From Schmidtea nova (taxonomy: Eukaryota): 64,000 nucleotides of DNA. Of this stretch, positions 48,261-60,497 are shown one piece after another. Made by a program: the position numbers and the translations under genes. Positions within the stretch are counted from its first letter, which is position 1, and each line of letters starts with the position of its first letter. Below the pieces are notes generated by a model. That model saw only the letters and a program-made list of their open reading frames with translations. It ran no database searches and was not told the origin of the DNA. Location: NCBI GenBank assembly GCA_044892505.1, contig CM097882.1, positions 315,580,001 to 315,644,000 on the forward strand, given 5' to 3'.

Positions 48261-50602
48261 ATATTTTGCACAATTCACTCAGACATGCATTAAAAGAACT
48301 GACCATAGATATTGAAAATATTGTCTTAAAAATCAACTGTCATTTTAGTCTTTCAGCAAAACGTCGAGATGAGTTTCATGATTACTGTGAATTTTTGAAT
48401 GTCGCGTTTACTGATTTTTCATGTCATGGTTATCGTTACGAACTTGTCTAGAAAGGTTATTACGTGAATGGCCGGCATTAATATCATATTTTCATAGTAA
48501 TATTGGTGATTTATCTGTATCTTTGAAAAAGGCTTTGCATTTTAAAAATGAAGAGATATCAGTTAAAATGGAGATACATTTATTTTTCGCCAACCACCTA
48601 CTTTAAATTTTTGAAAATTCGATAAACTTTTTAGAAAATAATAGCACCACACTTATCGACTTGTACGCGATTCTAAATGATTTTAAGCAACAACTCACTT
48701 CTAGAATTGAGAATACTTTTTTTGGGTATTAAACTGCGAAAAATGAAGGATTTATCTTTATATGAAAAGCAACAGTTTGAAAACGAATTTTTAAATGTTT
48801 ATAAAAAAGCTTTGTCTTATGTAGAAACAACATTTGATTTCGATGAAAATTCTTTAATCGTTAAGTTATCAAAATTACAAATTGATAATTCATTAACAAA
48901 ATGGCCAAATTTTGAAATATTTTCAGAAATAGTTGAAAGATTAAATATTTGGGATCATGTAAAAAAATGAACTTTTTTAAACGCATGTAAAAAATGACTT
49001 CTCGACAAAAAAAATTTATTTTATTAAAAATATTATATTTATAAAAAATTACAGTAGATATGTTACAATAGATATGTTACAATAGCACAAATTTTTTAAA
49101 ATATTAAGGAGTTTGAATTTAATCATTATTGACCACATCCCAATCATATTTGAGTATCTCAGAAATCTTTTGATAGCTTTTTTTTTGTAAATAGTCCGTG
49201 AAACAGAACTCCATCAGCAAATTATTTCTTCCCACTGTATTTAAGCCTTTCATTTCTTTTAGCTTCATTTTAAGCTTATTGTTCCAACTTTCAACATTTT
49301 GAGTATGTACTCCTGTCACTGGGCACACAAAGTGCAGTTTGTGACATACCGTCGTGTGTTCATAATCGTTAAGCAACCGCAACTCTCTGTAAATGGCCAA
49401 TTCATCCGAATGGATTGTAGTACCATTCCTCACTACACGTGCAATAATTGGCAATAGGATTCGTTTAGAACGGTTGCTTACTACTTCAGCCCACCCAGTA
49501 GCGGTCGATGAACTAGTATCAACGATAACCAATGCATAAATTTGCGTGTGCGGACTTCTTCCACGGTTGCTCTTCGCCTTGAAATTAAGCATCGTTTCAT
49601 CGCAATGGCAAATGACATGGATCCCACCTAATCGAAGTGGATACACCCTAAAATAATTAGTGATTCGATATATTAATAAATTTCTTTGATAAACTAGGAC
49701 GAGAGATATGCACAAATTTCAGAATTTCACTCTGATTTAATCCGTTGGACCAATAACATAAAATTTTTAAAAATGGTTTCGGCTTGATGGTCAGCTTCTC
49801 CAAGTGGCTCCCTTTACGAACACTAACACTTGTGGTGAAAATGGAACAATGCTTATTGGTGCAAACCCATTTCATTTTGAGCCAAGCAGCTTTACATTTC
49901 TTTAGTTTCATCGTTGATAAACACGTTGAGCACGTCTGTTCATCTCTTCAAATGCGTTTGTTGAACATAAAGCGTAGAATTTCTGTTTCATTCATCAAAG
50001 TTATCATTATCGATAATATTTTCAAAATGCATCGATTTTTTTAAAAAAAGTAATATTTATTTTTACATGATCCAATATTTGTAATATAAACATGGACAAA
50101 CTTTTTGAAGAAGTTGTGTTTATTAACGAACATTTGAAATACATTACTAAATCGCCTGATTGGTAAACTTAATGTACTACCACCGATAAATGGAACATTA
50201 TTTTTTCAAAATACAACATCTGATAATGAAAATGTATTTAAAATCTTATCATATATTTTAAGCATACCTGCTTCATTGTCATTTATTGAACGTGTATTTT
50301 CAATTATGAATAATAAATGGACTGATGAAAGAAATAGGTGTTCTTCTGAATTTATTAGAGCAGAACTTCTCATTAGCGTCAATTCGCAAAGTAGTTGCGT
50401 AAAATTTTTTAAAATAATACAAAATGACATTGAATTATTAAAATGTGCAAAGAATGATAAAAAATATAAGTTTAGTCATAATAAATAAAAACTGCTGTGT
50501 AAAAAATCTTTAATTTACAAATATACTGAATTGTTTTTTATTCATTATTTTTTTGGTTATTGATTTGTCCTACTTTGAGCCTCTCAATATGTGGCAACCC
50601 TA
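48260..50602 (+). mobile_element. hAT element 3' half, interrupted by Merlin
   Basis: RWLSLRTCLERLLREW-like and SIPAS..IERVFSIMNNKWTDERNR motifs; terminus GTGGCAACCCTA at 50602; the reading frame continues across the Merlin TSD. Confidence 0.85.
48952..50073 (-). mobile_element. Merlin DNA transposon (second family), frameshifted transposase
   Basis: TIRs GGATCATGTAAAAA/TTTTTACATGATCC; perfect 8-bp TSD AATATTTG; CDETMLN, TIHSDE and TGVHTQNVESW motifs. Confidence 0.93.
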
Positions 50603-51833
50603 GTTATATATCGGTTTAATATAAAAATCACAAAAGTAACAAGAAATAATGGTATAAGCAAAGAAATATCAAAATAAGTAATTGTGCAAAAATTAATTAA
50701 AATTTTTCAAAAATTTAAAATTAATATTCATTGGAGGAAGTGAGTATGGTTGAATGCCAAATCAAACGACAAATCCAAAAATAATAATAAAAATTTAGTA
50801 AGGGGTCCCCAGAGAAAGTTATATAGTAAAAACAAACTAATTAAAATTAATTAATCGCTCAATAGGAAGCCTGAGCGCAGTAGAGTCCCGTGAGATCAAA
50901 GGCGGGAGATTGCGCAGGGCAATTAAGGAGAATCCACCTGAGCGCAAACATAATAATTTGTTGATGGACCAATTAAGTTTTTGATTAAATTTAAATTTCC
51001 ATTTGCTATATGTATAAAATGCAGCGCAAAGTAAAGGATGAGGTCAGAAACTGGCAGATTAACTAACAGAAAGATATTGAAATTTATTGAAATTAACCAA
51101 GAGAAAGAAAAGAGAGAACTTGTGTAATTCGAAAAAGACAATAAACAAAGTGAGGAAAGATATTTTGTAACCGTCCTAACGAGAGGATCAAATCCTAATA
51201 AGAAAGAAAGTGCAAATTGTTGAGAGTTGCTGGGGTCATGGAGGGGTTAGATGAAAAATGTTCTAACAATGACTAGGGATCCCTCATCCATGATCATACA
51301 TAAAATTGCAATTATACACTCAAGCGCCCTTGACTATTTCCCTATATAATCAAGTTGGTGATGCGCAGGGTGGTTAAACAATGATGGGCAGGTGAGCACT
51401 ATCGCTAGTACTACTCCCCATTTATGTTTACGGGTTCATTGCTGCCGTTAGAAGGACTTACGCTTTGATCATTTGCTATGTACTCCACAATAAACTTTCG
51501 GGAAATTTATCTTTGACCTCACTCATTCTGCATGAAGTTTTCTAACATAATGCTCACTTAATTATTTATTTACCTTCCTTATGTATCTTGTGTTATACAT
51601 TTATATTTTTTGTATTACAGGTATCTAATTATTCATTATTGCGTCACGAATATGATAAACTTAACACCATAAAACTGCTTGGTCGATTTATGGTTAAAGC
51701 ATGTTTAAAATAATAATACGAGCGAATGATTATTATGTCAAGAACGTGATAGATTTAATAACACAAAACTCAAAACAAAAACCACTGATAAACATTAAGA
51801 TTTTTATTTAGGAACGATCATTGTTAGAAAATG

Positions 51834-52338
51834 TTATCGCCGAAATAGGCTGTGTAGTTCGCTGTTGATTGGCATCCGTCGCAGTCGAGCCCAAGAAAAT
51901 TGGGGTTGCCCATCCTGACATTCCTTGCCAAACGGTTTCCTCGGCAGAAACGCTTGTAGTCCCAATTGGCATAACTCTCGGCGAGGGATATGTCCCCAAT
52001 AAATTATTCGACTCGGTCGCCCTCCCGCGTCATTTATCACAATGACTATTCGTCCAAATTTGTTCGAATAAGGCCTTTGGGAAATTGGCCAATTTGGTCC
52101 TCCCCGGTAGAGTATCTGATCGTTTCCTCTAGCCTATATGGAAAACGGGCATTTTCGACCAAACCCGTGCCTCCACTTGTACATTTGAGCATTGATGGTT
52201 CACAATATTGGTGCAGGTAGCTCCTTGAGTTGAGAGGTCGTTCCACTCTCTACCCTTCCTTGTTCCCACTTTCGAATTTGGGTTAATCTTTCCATAACAT
52301 CAGCTGTTGACATCTGCATCAGTTTATCAAACATAAGA
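51834..52338 (-). pseudogene. Orphan ORF (~167 codons, two in-frame stops) downstream of an LTR leader
   Basis: Manual translation MFDKLMQM...LYRGGPNWP...GRIVIVINDAGGRPSRIIYWGH...SLFRR; GC-richer than flanks. Confidence 0.45.
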
Positions 52339-52432
52339 ATATAGGATTTAACGGAAAAAAATTGTCGGAAGATTTACTGATACCGCGTATAACAACAAAA
52401 ATTGGTTTAAAATATGATTAACTTTATTTATC

Positions 52433-52702
52433 TTCGCCGTGATCTACCACGGTCGGAATAAGGAATTCATGATTAGTCCTGTGCTATGTACAGCATTCAG
52501 GAAGCATAAAATTTATTCAAAAATTCTCCGCGCTATATACAGCGATCGGACTATAAATTAGGTAATTCCGCGCCATGTACGGCGATCGGTCTATTTTTAA
52601 TTTTTTCAATTTAGTTTGGATTTTCCGTCGCATGCTAATGCGATCGGAATTTATTGATCGTACTACTATGCATGTGATGTGATAGTTCCGAGTGAAATCG
52701 GA
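52433..52702. ncRNA. Array of covarying bulged stem-loops (candidate cis-acting RNA element)
   Basis: Four hairpins with loop ATNTAC and different but fully paired stems, plus two variants. Confidence 0.55.
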
Positions 52703-53017
52703 CTTTGACCCTAGTTGAAAGTTATCATTCTAGCGAAATTATTTGAATTAATTCTATTTGTTATTCGCCTTTATCGATTCTGGGGGGTTTAATTTTTTGC
52801 TCATTTTACTAGTTGTTCTGATGATGAGTCTGCCCTGCCCTGGGGTGTCCCTCATTATCAAGCCGCTCTCCGCATTCTCACCATTCAACCCTCGACGCTC
52901 ATCCTCTGTGCAACCTAGCATTAACCAAATTAGTTATCATCAGTAAATTGTCTAGATTAGATCGAATTTCAGACATTTTATTAAACAGAAATTTTAAACT
53001 AAAATGACTACTAAAAA

Positions 53018-53730
53018 GGTTGAACCGCCATGTGAGACCGTGAAGCCCCACAACGACGACTCGGGCTCCATTGCCGCGTGAGCAGCCTAGGAAGCATAAC
53101 TATATGCATTAAATGAATAATATCAAAAACATAATTACTATAAAGTTATAATACATGGAAATCATGAGTACATAAAATTATTATTACACAATTAAATAAC
53201 CAATAAAAATAAAATGTTACGTTCCGTACTTGTTTTGAATTGAATGTGTCTTCGGAGTTGAAATTAAGAATGTTTCTCGAAATTAGTGAATAAACGTTTT
53301 GTAAGTTGACAAAATAGGTTTTTCAAAATTCCTTTTTTACGGTTAAGTTGTGATTTTCGGATCGGTATTTATACTGATCCGTCTGGTTGGATTGACCAAT
53401 CAGGATCAGACCGTCCATCAAAGTATTTTTATTATTTTATTTAAACCTAAACATTAATTTGTTTCCTTTTCCGGTTTCTCGCTGAGTGGTCCTGATTTTT
53501 CGAGTAATTAATTAATTATTTGCACTATTATTTTATTTAATTCTATCTTTTCTTATTTCAGGCCCCCTTTTGCTGTTGTTTACCGGTTTATTTTCAAAAT
53601 TTCCTTTTGCTGGAAACTTATCAAATATTATTTGTCATTTTATTCTTATTTTTAATTTGTTTTTATTGTTATTTTTATGTTTATTATTTCCTTATTATCT
53701 TATACTTTCGTTCATTTATTGTGATTTTAA
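53018..53730 (-). mobile_element. LTR-like segment with candidate tRNA-Gln-like PBS
   Basis: Minus strand ...GTCTCACA followed directly by TGGCGGTTCAACC; TATAAATAC and CCAAT boxes at ~53385-53400; distal end uncertain. Confidence 0.5.
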
Positions 53731-53899
53731 GTGATTTGGCGGGCCCAACAGAGTGTACATCCTATTGATTAAAACAATTTGGGATAAATTGTAATTTGTG
53801 GTGATCATCAAATAAATTGTTCTGTGTTGGGTTTCATTGATTTTCGATAATTAAAGGACACGAGGAGTCAGGTCATTGAACCGATCTTAAACAACACAA

Positions 53900-55030
53900 T
53901 AAAGCATCAACTTAGTCAATGTATGCACCCACTAGTTAAAGTATACTTTAACTAAACTAATCAGAGAAAGTATACACAAATAAATTTATGAAATTGTTCT
54001 CTATTTAGTGTATACACCTTCTACTGTAGATTAGTTAAAATATTTCAATGGTTTGTTTATTATCTACTGTCATATATGATAAATATTTTTACAATTTATT
54101 TATTAATTTTTATTAAATTTATTTATTATTTATTAATAAATTAGTTTTTTTCATAATCTTAAATTTCACAAGATTTCTATTTGTAGTAGAAACAACTAGC
54201 ACGAGTCTTTAAAATTTTGAGGTTAGAATCATTCAACTAATACTATCACTAATGCGAATCAGTGAGTGTATACTTTCACTAGTTAATGAATGCATTGACT
54301 AGATACAGTATGTATCATTTAAAATAATGTACTTTCACTAAGACAACAAGTGAAAGCATGCATCAACTAGTTAGTGTATATGTTACAGTTAAAGCATCAA
54401 CTTAGTCAATGTATACACCCACTAGCTAAAGTATACTTTAACTAAACTAATCAGACAAAGTATACACAATGAATTTATGAATACTTCCACTAGTTAGTGT
54501 ATACACCTTCTACTTTAGATTAGTTAATGTATTTCAATGGTTTGTTTATTATCTACTGTCATATGATAAATATTTTTGCAATTTATTTATTAATTTTTAT
54601 TAAATTTATTTATTATTTATTAATAAATTAGTGTTTTTTTCATAATTTTTACAGATATTTTTACAATTTATTTATTAATTTTTATTAAATTTGTTTATTA
54701 TTTATTAAATTTATTTATTATTTATTAATAAATTAGTGTTTTTTTCATAATCTTTTTCGTAAATTTCGCAAGATTTCTATTTGCAGTAGACACAATTAGC
54801 ACCTGTCTTTAAAATTTTGAGGTTAGAATCATTCAACTAATACTATCACTAATGCGAATCAGTAGTTTTATGAATACATTGACTAGATACAGTATGTATT
54901 ATTTGAAATAATGTATACTTTCACTAAAACAACAAGTGAAATCATGCATCAACTAGTTAGTGTATACACTCACTGCAAATTATGCTTTAACTGTAACATA
55001 TACACTCACTGCAATTTATGCTTTAACTCT
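53900..55030. repeat. Two diverged ~490-bp direct repeats rich in GTATAC/ACTAGT palindromes
   Basis: AAAGCATCAACTTAGTCAATGTAT... occurs at ~53901 and ~54390. Confidence 0.85.
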
Positions 55031-55031
55031 A

Positions 55032-55078
<47 letters not shown>

Positions 55079-55386
55079 ATTAGTTTACTTTATTTATAAT
55101 AGGTATATATTTATTATCACTCTATTTTTAAATGAGGCTTCCAAATTCGAAGATCTCTGTACTGATTTAAACAGATAGTATGATAAAAATAAATTTTGGT
55201 GTTAAATAAATTTTCTCGAACTAATATTATTATTCATATAAGACATCAAGTTTGAAACTTCCAAATTAAATATTTATGTGATCCTCTAACTTCTCTTCAT
55301 TTCTGTTGCCACTGGAAATTCAATACCTATAAACTAAAAATAAAATTAATTGATCAATTTTTTGTCAAAATTTGTTTCGAATGTAA

Positions 55387-55531
55387 NNNNNNNNNNNNNN
55401 NNNNNNNNNNNNNNNNNNNNNNNNNNNNNNNNNNNNNNNNNNNNNNNNNNNNNNNNNNNNNNNNNNNNNNNNNNNNNNNNNNNNNNNNNNNNNNNNNNNN
55501 NNNNNNNNNNNNNNNNNNNNNNNNNNNNNNN
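55387..55531. other. Assembly gap (N run)
   Basis: Direct observation. Confidence 1.
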
Positions 55532-55579
55532 AATTCAAAAAAATGATGTGTATTTGACTTCAATTCAATTTTTTTCCAG

Positions 55580-55966
55580 GATGCTATGATAGACATAATG
55601 AAAACCGTTGGAAAAGAATTATCAGATGAAATAATGGACCTATGGAATGTAAGATATTTGAATTTCTTTCTTGACATATAGAATTATTCATCAGGAATAC
55701 AATTATCAAGCAACAGAGGAGGCAAAAATCACCAAAGATTTCGATCGATTTGACATGATTTTACAAGCATATGAATATGAGAAGAAAGAAAAAAAACCAA
55801 AGTTTTTGCAGGATTTTTTCGATAGTACTGAAGGTGGACAAATCTTTTTATTTCAGAAATTTTATTTGATACAGGTAAATTTAGCTCTGATCTCGTTAAA
55901 GGATGGGTGCAGGATTTATACGAGAAAAGAAAACGTTTGATCGATGAAATGGAGATAAATAATTGA
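55580..55966 (+). CDS. HDDC2: Host HD-domain protein (5'-deoxynucleotidase HDDC2-like), last three exons
   Basis: Exons 55580-55648, 55695-55833 and 55875-55966 give ..DLWNEY..ATEEAKITKDFDRFDMILQAYEYE..LQDFFDSTEGKF..; GT-AG introns of 46 and 41 nt. Confidence 0.85.
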
Positions 55967-56707
55967 ATATTGTTGTTGTTTGTTGTGAATAAATTAGATT
56001 TTTGGAATTAGTTCATTTAGTAATTTTTAAAAAATAATTCGTAATTATTATATTGATTGCCGCAATACTACAGAAATTGATGACCTCCAGTGTGTCAAAT
56101 ATATTGTCGGCGTTTTTATAACTTGCATATAAATGAGAAGATTGTTTTAGTGGTTTAAATGAACAAATGATGTGAGATAAACCCCGTTTCATGTTGCCTG
56201 AATGTTTACAGTACGTGAGAGACATAGTATGCTTCTCATGGCACTTGGCGAGTTAATATACGGAAATAAATTAAACCAGGTGTTCTTAAACTTTAGGCAG
56301 CGAGGATACATTTTAAAAGTGGCAATTTGCGAATGACCTGATTAGTAAATATTCAGTTCTAGCACACCTTGGTAAATTTGCCACTTGATATAGTAATATA
56401 GGATACTTGCTACTTAATGATCTTTTTGAAAACAGTATATTTATATAAACTAATATTTTGACTTAAATCCCATTGGTAGATTTTTCGTTTATTTGAAAAG
56501 TTAAAGTGACAAACAAAGGTAGTCTTTGATCAAGACTTTAAGAACCTCTGGTTTAAACCAGTTGTTCCTAAAGTACCGTGTGTCAAGACTTTAATTCAAA
56601 TTCAAAGAATGGTTAAAATAATTACAGCAAAATCATATAAAGACATTTTTTTAATTTGCTAATTTTTCTGATATTTGACTACAATTATTTTTTCAAAACA
56701 AATTTTT

Positions 56708-57001
56708 ATGACACATCGATGACTCACAAAAAAATTTTTAAAATTTTTTTTATTTGACTAAACGCTTAGTCATCGATGACTCGTCCAAAATTTTTATGAC
56801 TCTTCCAAAAATAAGAATTTTTTTTTTAACTTTCAATTTTTATTATTTGAAATTTTTTTTTGGTTTGTATGACTCATCACTAACTCAGCTATGTTTTGAG
56901 AAGTTATTTTTTAAAAAAAGTTTAAATCGGTGACTCATCACATCGATGACGCATCGATGACTCATTTCAAATTTGAATTAAGTGACGTCATCGATAACTC
57001 A
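56708..57001. promoter_or_regulatory. Dense AP-1/CRE-type site cluster with CATCGATG palindromes
   Basis: TGACTCA at 56720, 56870, 56931 and 56958; TGACGTCA at 56983; several one-mismatch variants. Confidence 0.5.
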
Positions 57002-57431
57002 TTTCAAATTTAAATAATTTTTTAAAAATTTTAAAAGTACAAGTATCAAGGTCAAATTTGGTATCGTTCGCAAGGCATTTTAGTGACGCACACGATGGTG
57101 ACATTTTTAAAGGTGTCCGATCAAAAGTGGTATCGTTCGCTCTGCATTTCAGTGACGCACACGGTGATACCATTTTTTAAGTTGTCTGGTCAAAAAAAAT
57201 TAAATTTGGACCAAAAATTTCAAGTACCTATGGTATCATTCGAACCACCATCGCTATATGAACACGATACTATATAATTTCATACTTAGTTTTAAACAAC
57301 GACATAGTTAACAAACACATTGCCAAAATAATTAAACAATCCATGTGCACTATTAACAAAGACATTGCAATCCATGTGCAATATTAACAAAGACATTAGT
57401 AATAATAATAAATACAAAGACTAAATAAAAT

Positions 57432-57992
57432 TTATTTATAAATATATTGTTGTGTACGTGTACAAAATTTCGATTCAATATTATTCATAGGAATATTATT
57501 CATAGGAATATTATTCATAGTAATATTATTTTTAGGAATATTATTATTAGGAATATTCGATATTTGCTCTAATCTTATCGACGTTGATAATATCAAGATC
57601 ACTATTATTATCAATAAACTTATATAATGTAATACTAATGCTGTTTTTTTCGTTTTCAATTTCAACTGTTTGATTTTGACATCTGACTTGTTCATATTGT
57701 TTTTTAATAAATGTTTGATTCGGCCATTTGATTCTTTCATAGATTTTAATAATTATTTTGCTAATTATTTTTTCCATTTCATTATTAATCAAATCATTTT
57801 TGAAGGACATTGGTCACATTGTAATCTTATTTGGCTGCATTCAGTGTTTAAGTGAACACATATTTCATTATAACTCGCACAAGTGCTATCTTCTCTTCTA
57901 AACGGATGGGTTGATTGACAAGCTGACAATGCTTGTTCTCCTTCGGTATTGTGCACACATAATAATAATAATATAAGTATAATTAGTTTCAT
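57432..57992 (-). pseudogene. Signal peptide + Cys-rich + TM small membrane protein, frameshifted
   Basis: MKLIILILLLLCV, six Cys in about 40 aa, later hydrophobic LVLHYISLLIIIVILIL. Confidence 0.45.
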
Positions 57993-59117
57993 TTAAAAAT
58001 ATAAAAACTGTTGGGTTATTGGGTCGTTGGTGACTTTATAATTAACAAATTATTACCCTGACTCCAAACGTGCTTTTAATTGATCCACAATAACAACTGA
58101 CAGCAGGAAAATTTTATTGATTATCACACATAACTTCGATTTACAATGAACTGACCAAATTCAAACTACAGCTGATTATACAGTGCTTATTACGACACTA
58201 TAGTGAAGAATAGCACTAGTGTATAATCGATGTTCGAAATCACTCACTGCTGGGGAAAATAACAATTGGTAATTTGGCTGGTTGTTTTCTTTATTTGACT
58301 TGGATTTACTCGCTGAATTTTACTAGCTTTATTTTCTCAAACGCTTGAATAAGCTCCTGCTGCTTATCCCTTAGTTTCTGGTTTCAATTATTGGATTCTC
58401 CTTTTGACTCTTCTTTAACTTTCTCTGGACGTTTTTCTGCTTCAAATTTTCTCCTGTTTTCCTCTGACTTCAGTCTATAAACGCAAATATTCTCCGCAAA
58501 ATATATTCTCTCAAATATTCTGTCTCAAACGTTGTCTCTCAAATATTCTGTCTACAATGTTTCTCTAACAACTTCTGTATACAATGTTGTGTTTTGTTTT
58601 CTGAGATGCTTCCTCCTTTTATACTTCTTCACTTTGTAGCACTTAAAATTATCAGCTGTTGTTACATTTTTCCAACATGATTTTCCATTCATTTTCTCAG
58701 CAACGGAGTTATCTTTGACAGCTGTCAAGATAACCTCTGTTTTCTCCTTTTTGCCGCTTCGGCTTGTTTGCTTTTTGCCCACATTATCTCTGACCGGTTG
58801 TCAAGATAAAATTCTTGTTGTTGTTTTTGTTTTTCCCAACTTTAGAATTTCTTCCTATTTGCACTAGTTAATTAGTGCTGACCTCTATTTTGTTTTGCTT
58901 GTCTGATTTCTTTTCTTTTGTTTCCCCTTCTTATTTCTCATTCCTTTTTATTTCCGTTTTCTTTCCCAGGCTCCAATCAATCGTGTCATTCCCCATGACA
59001 ATTTTCCCCCAAGTAATTTTGTTTATTTATTATATTATTTTGAATTTAGGTATCCTCAACAAAACTAATATAATATAAAAACTAAAATTGTTCATAGTAA
59101 AATTTATTCAATCACAA

Positions 59118-59534
59118 TTATGCATATCGTGCATTATCAACTCTCCAAATGGGAGTAATCACTTCCTTTTTATCAATTTTATATCCTTGAATTATTATCG
59201 TAACGAACCAGTGTTCTTGATCCTTGAATTCGATAGTTTGAAAAACATCATGGAAACGAGTTTTTCTGTTGTTAATATACATCGTTTCTTTACAAATTAA
59301 ATTGACATTGATTTTTGAAAATAATTTATTTAATGCCATAATATCTTCTTTATCAATAATTACAGCTAGACTATCATACAAAGACTTTGTTAATTTTACT
59401 GGATAAGACAAGCGAAACGGAATTTCTTCAACCAAAAAATAAATTCAACTATCATAATACATCTGTACTGGTTTTACCTCAGTCGGGAATATTCTTTCTT
59501 CGCTGACATCAAAATTTTGTTTGCGTGATTGCAT
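59118..59534 (-). pseudogene. Hypothetical beta-rich protein adjacent to Polinton copy 2
   Basis: Protein-like ORF ending WFVTIIIQGYKI..ITPIWRV; the upstream ATG segment is in another frame. Confidence 0.4.
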
Positions 59535-60002
59535 TTTTATAGATTGTGACAATATCTTAAAAATGTCTTTGTATTTATAGTGATGACTGTATGTATTTAT
59601 CCAATCATAATCATGCATTAGTATTGCACACGTTATGCATGTCTTTGTTATATATTTGTTGTATGCATCTATGTAGTTGTTGTTGTGTATTTTTGTATTT
59701 ATTTAATTGCCGCTAATTGTTTTGAAATTCTTTATTCCTATTTAAAACCTAATAAATAAAAAATTTCTTAATAAAATACTCCAAAGTTTAATAAAAAAAT
59801 TAAATACTTCAATGTTTAATAAAAATTATTTTAAATTAAATGAAATACATTTTTAATAAATAAAAACTAAAACTCAAATCCAAAACATTTATTAAACTAA
59901 AATGACTAAACTAAAATGACATTAAACTAAAAATAAAAATGATATAAAACTAAAACTGATTACATTAAAAACTTATTTATTATTATTAAACACAAATACT
60001 GT

Positions 60003-60497
60003 TCATTGTAGTTGTTCGTCTTTTTCTTCTTCTTCGTTTTCAACAACTATGTGACATTCGTCACAATCTGGAGATTCGGGTGATTCGTCGCACCGTTCTT
60101 TATTCAATGCATTCAGCGAACAATCACATTCGATAATTGATTGATCAATTATCGGCTCCGGAGTTGAATTGGGCCAAGATTCCTTTATTTGATCTTCCTC
60201 CTCCTCAACCTTTTCCAATTGTTGAGCATCGTATTGTTTTAGGGTTTTTCGTAAAACCCAAATATGGAATTTTCGGATCCGGTCAACACAATTCCCGCAA
60301 TGATATGCACAGAGGATGTGCTCAGCCATATGAGGCAAATCATTGTTGAGATTTGCGAGATGGTCCATTATGATCTGGTGGAAATCTATACCAGTCAAGA
60401 CCTGAATCTTATACGGGAAGAGTTCTGGTGACGTATAAGTCAGCGTCGGCATGAAGTTTGGGAATATCTCTGCCATTTTTGTATAGACGACTGTCAT
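60003..60497 (-). CDS. Conserved Polinton orphan (YHCGNC) with acidic extension
   Basis: TGI..QII.DH...P..A....Y.CG.C..R..K..IWVLR..L..YD shared with copy 1. Confidence 0.75.
   Translation of the reverse strand: MTVVYTKMAEIFPNFMPTLTYTSPELFPYKIQVLTGIDFHQIIMDHLANLNNDLPHMAEHILCAYHCGNCVDRIRKFHIWVLRKTLKQYDAQQLEKVEEEEDQIKESWPNSTPEPIIDQSIIECDCSLNALNKERCDESPESPDCDECHIVVENEEEEKDEQLQ

Noticed and set aside
58250-58800. Basic/coiled-coil ORF remnant resembling a LINE ORF1 or gag N-terminus
   Set aside because: No diagnostic motif; cannot be assigned.
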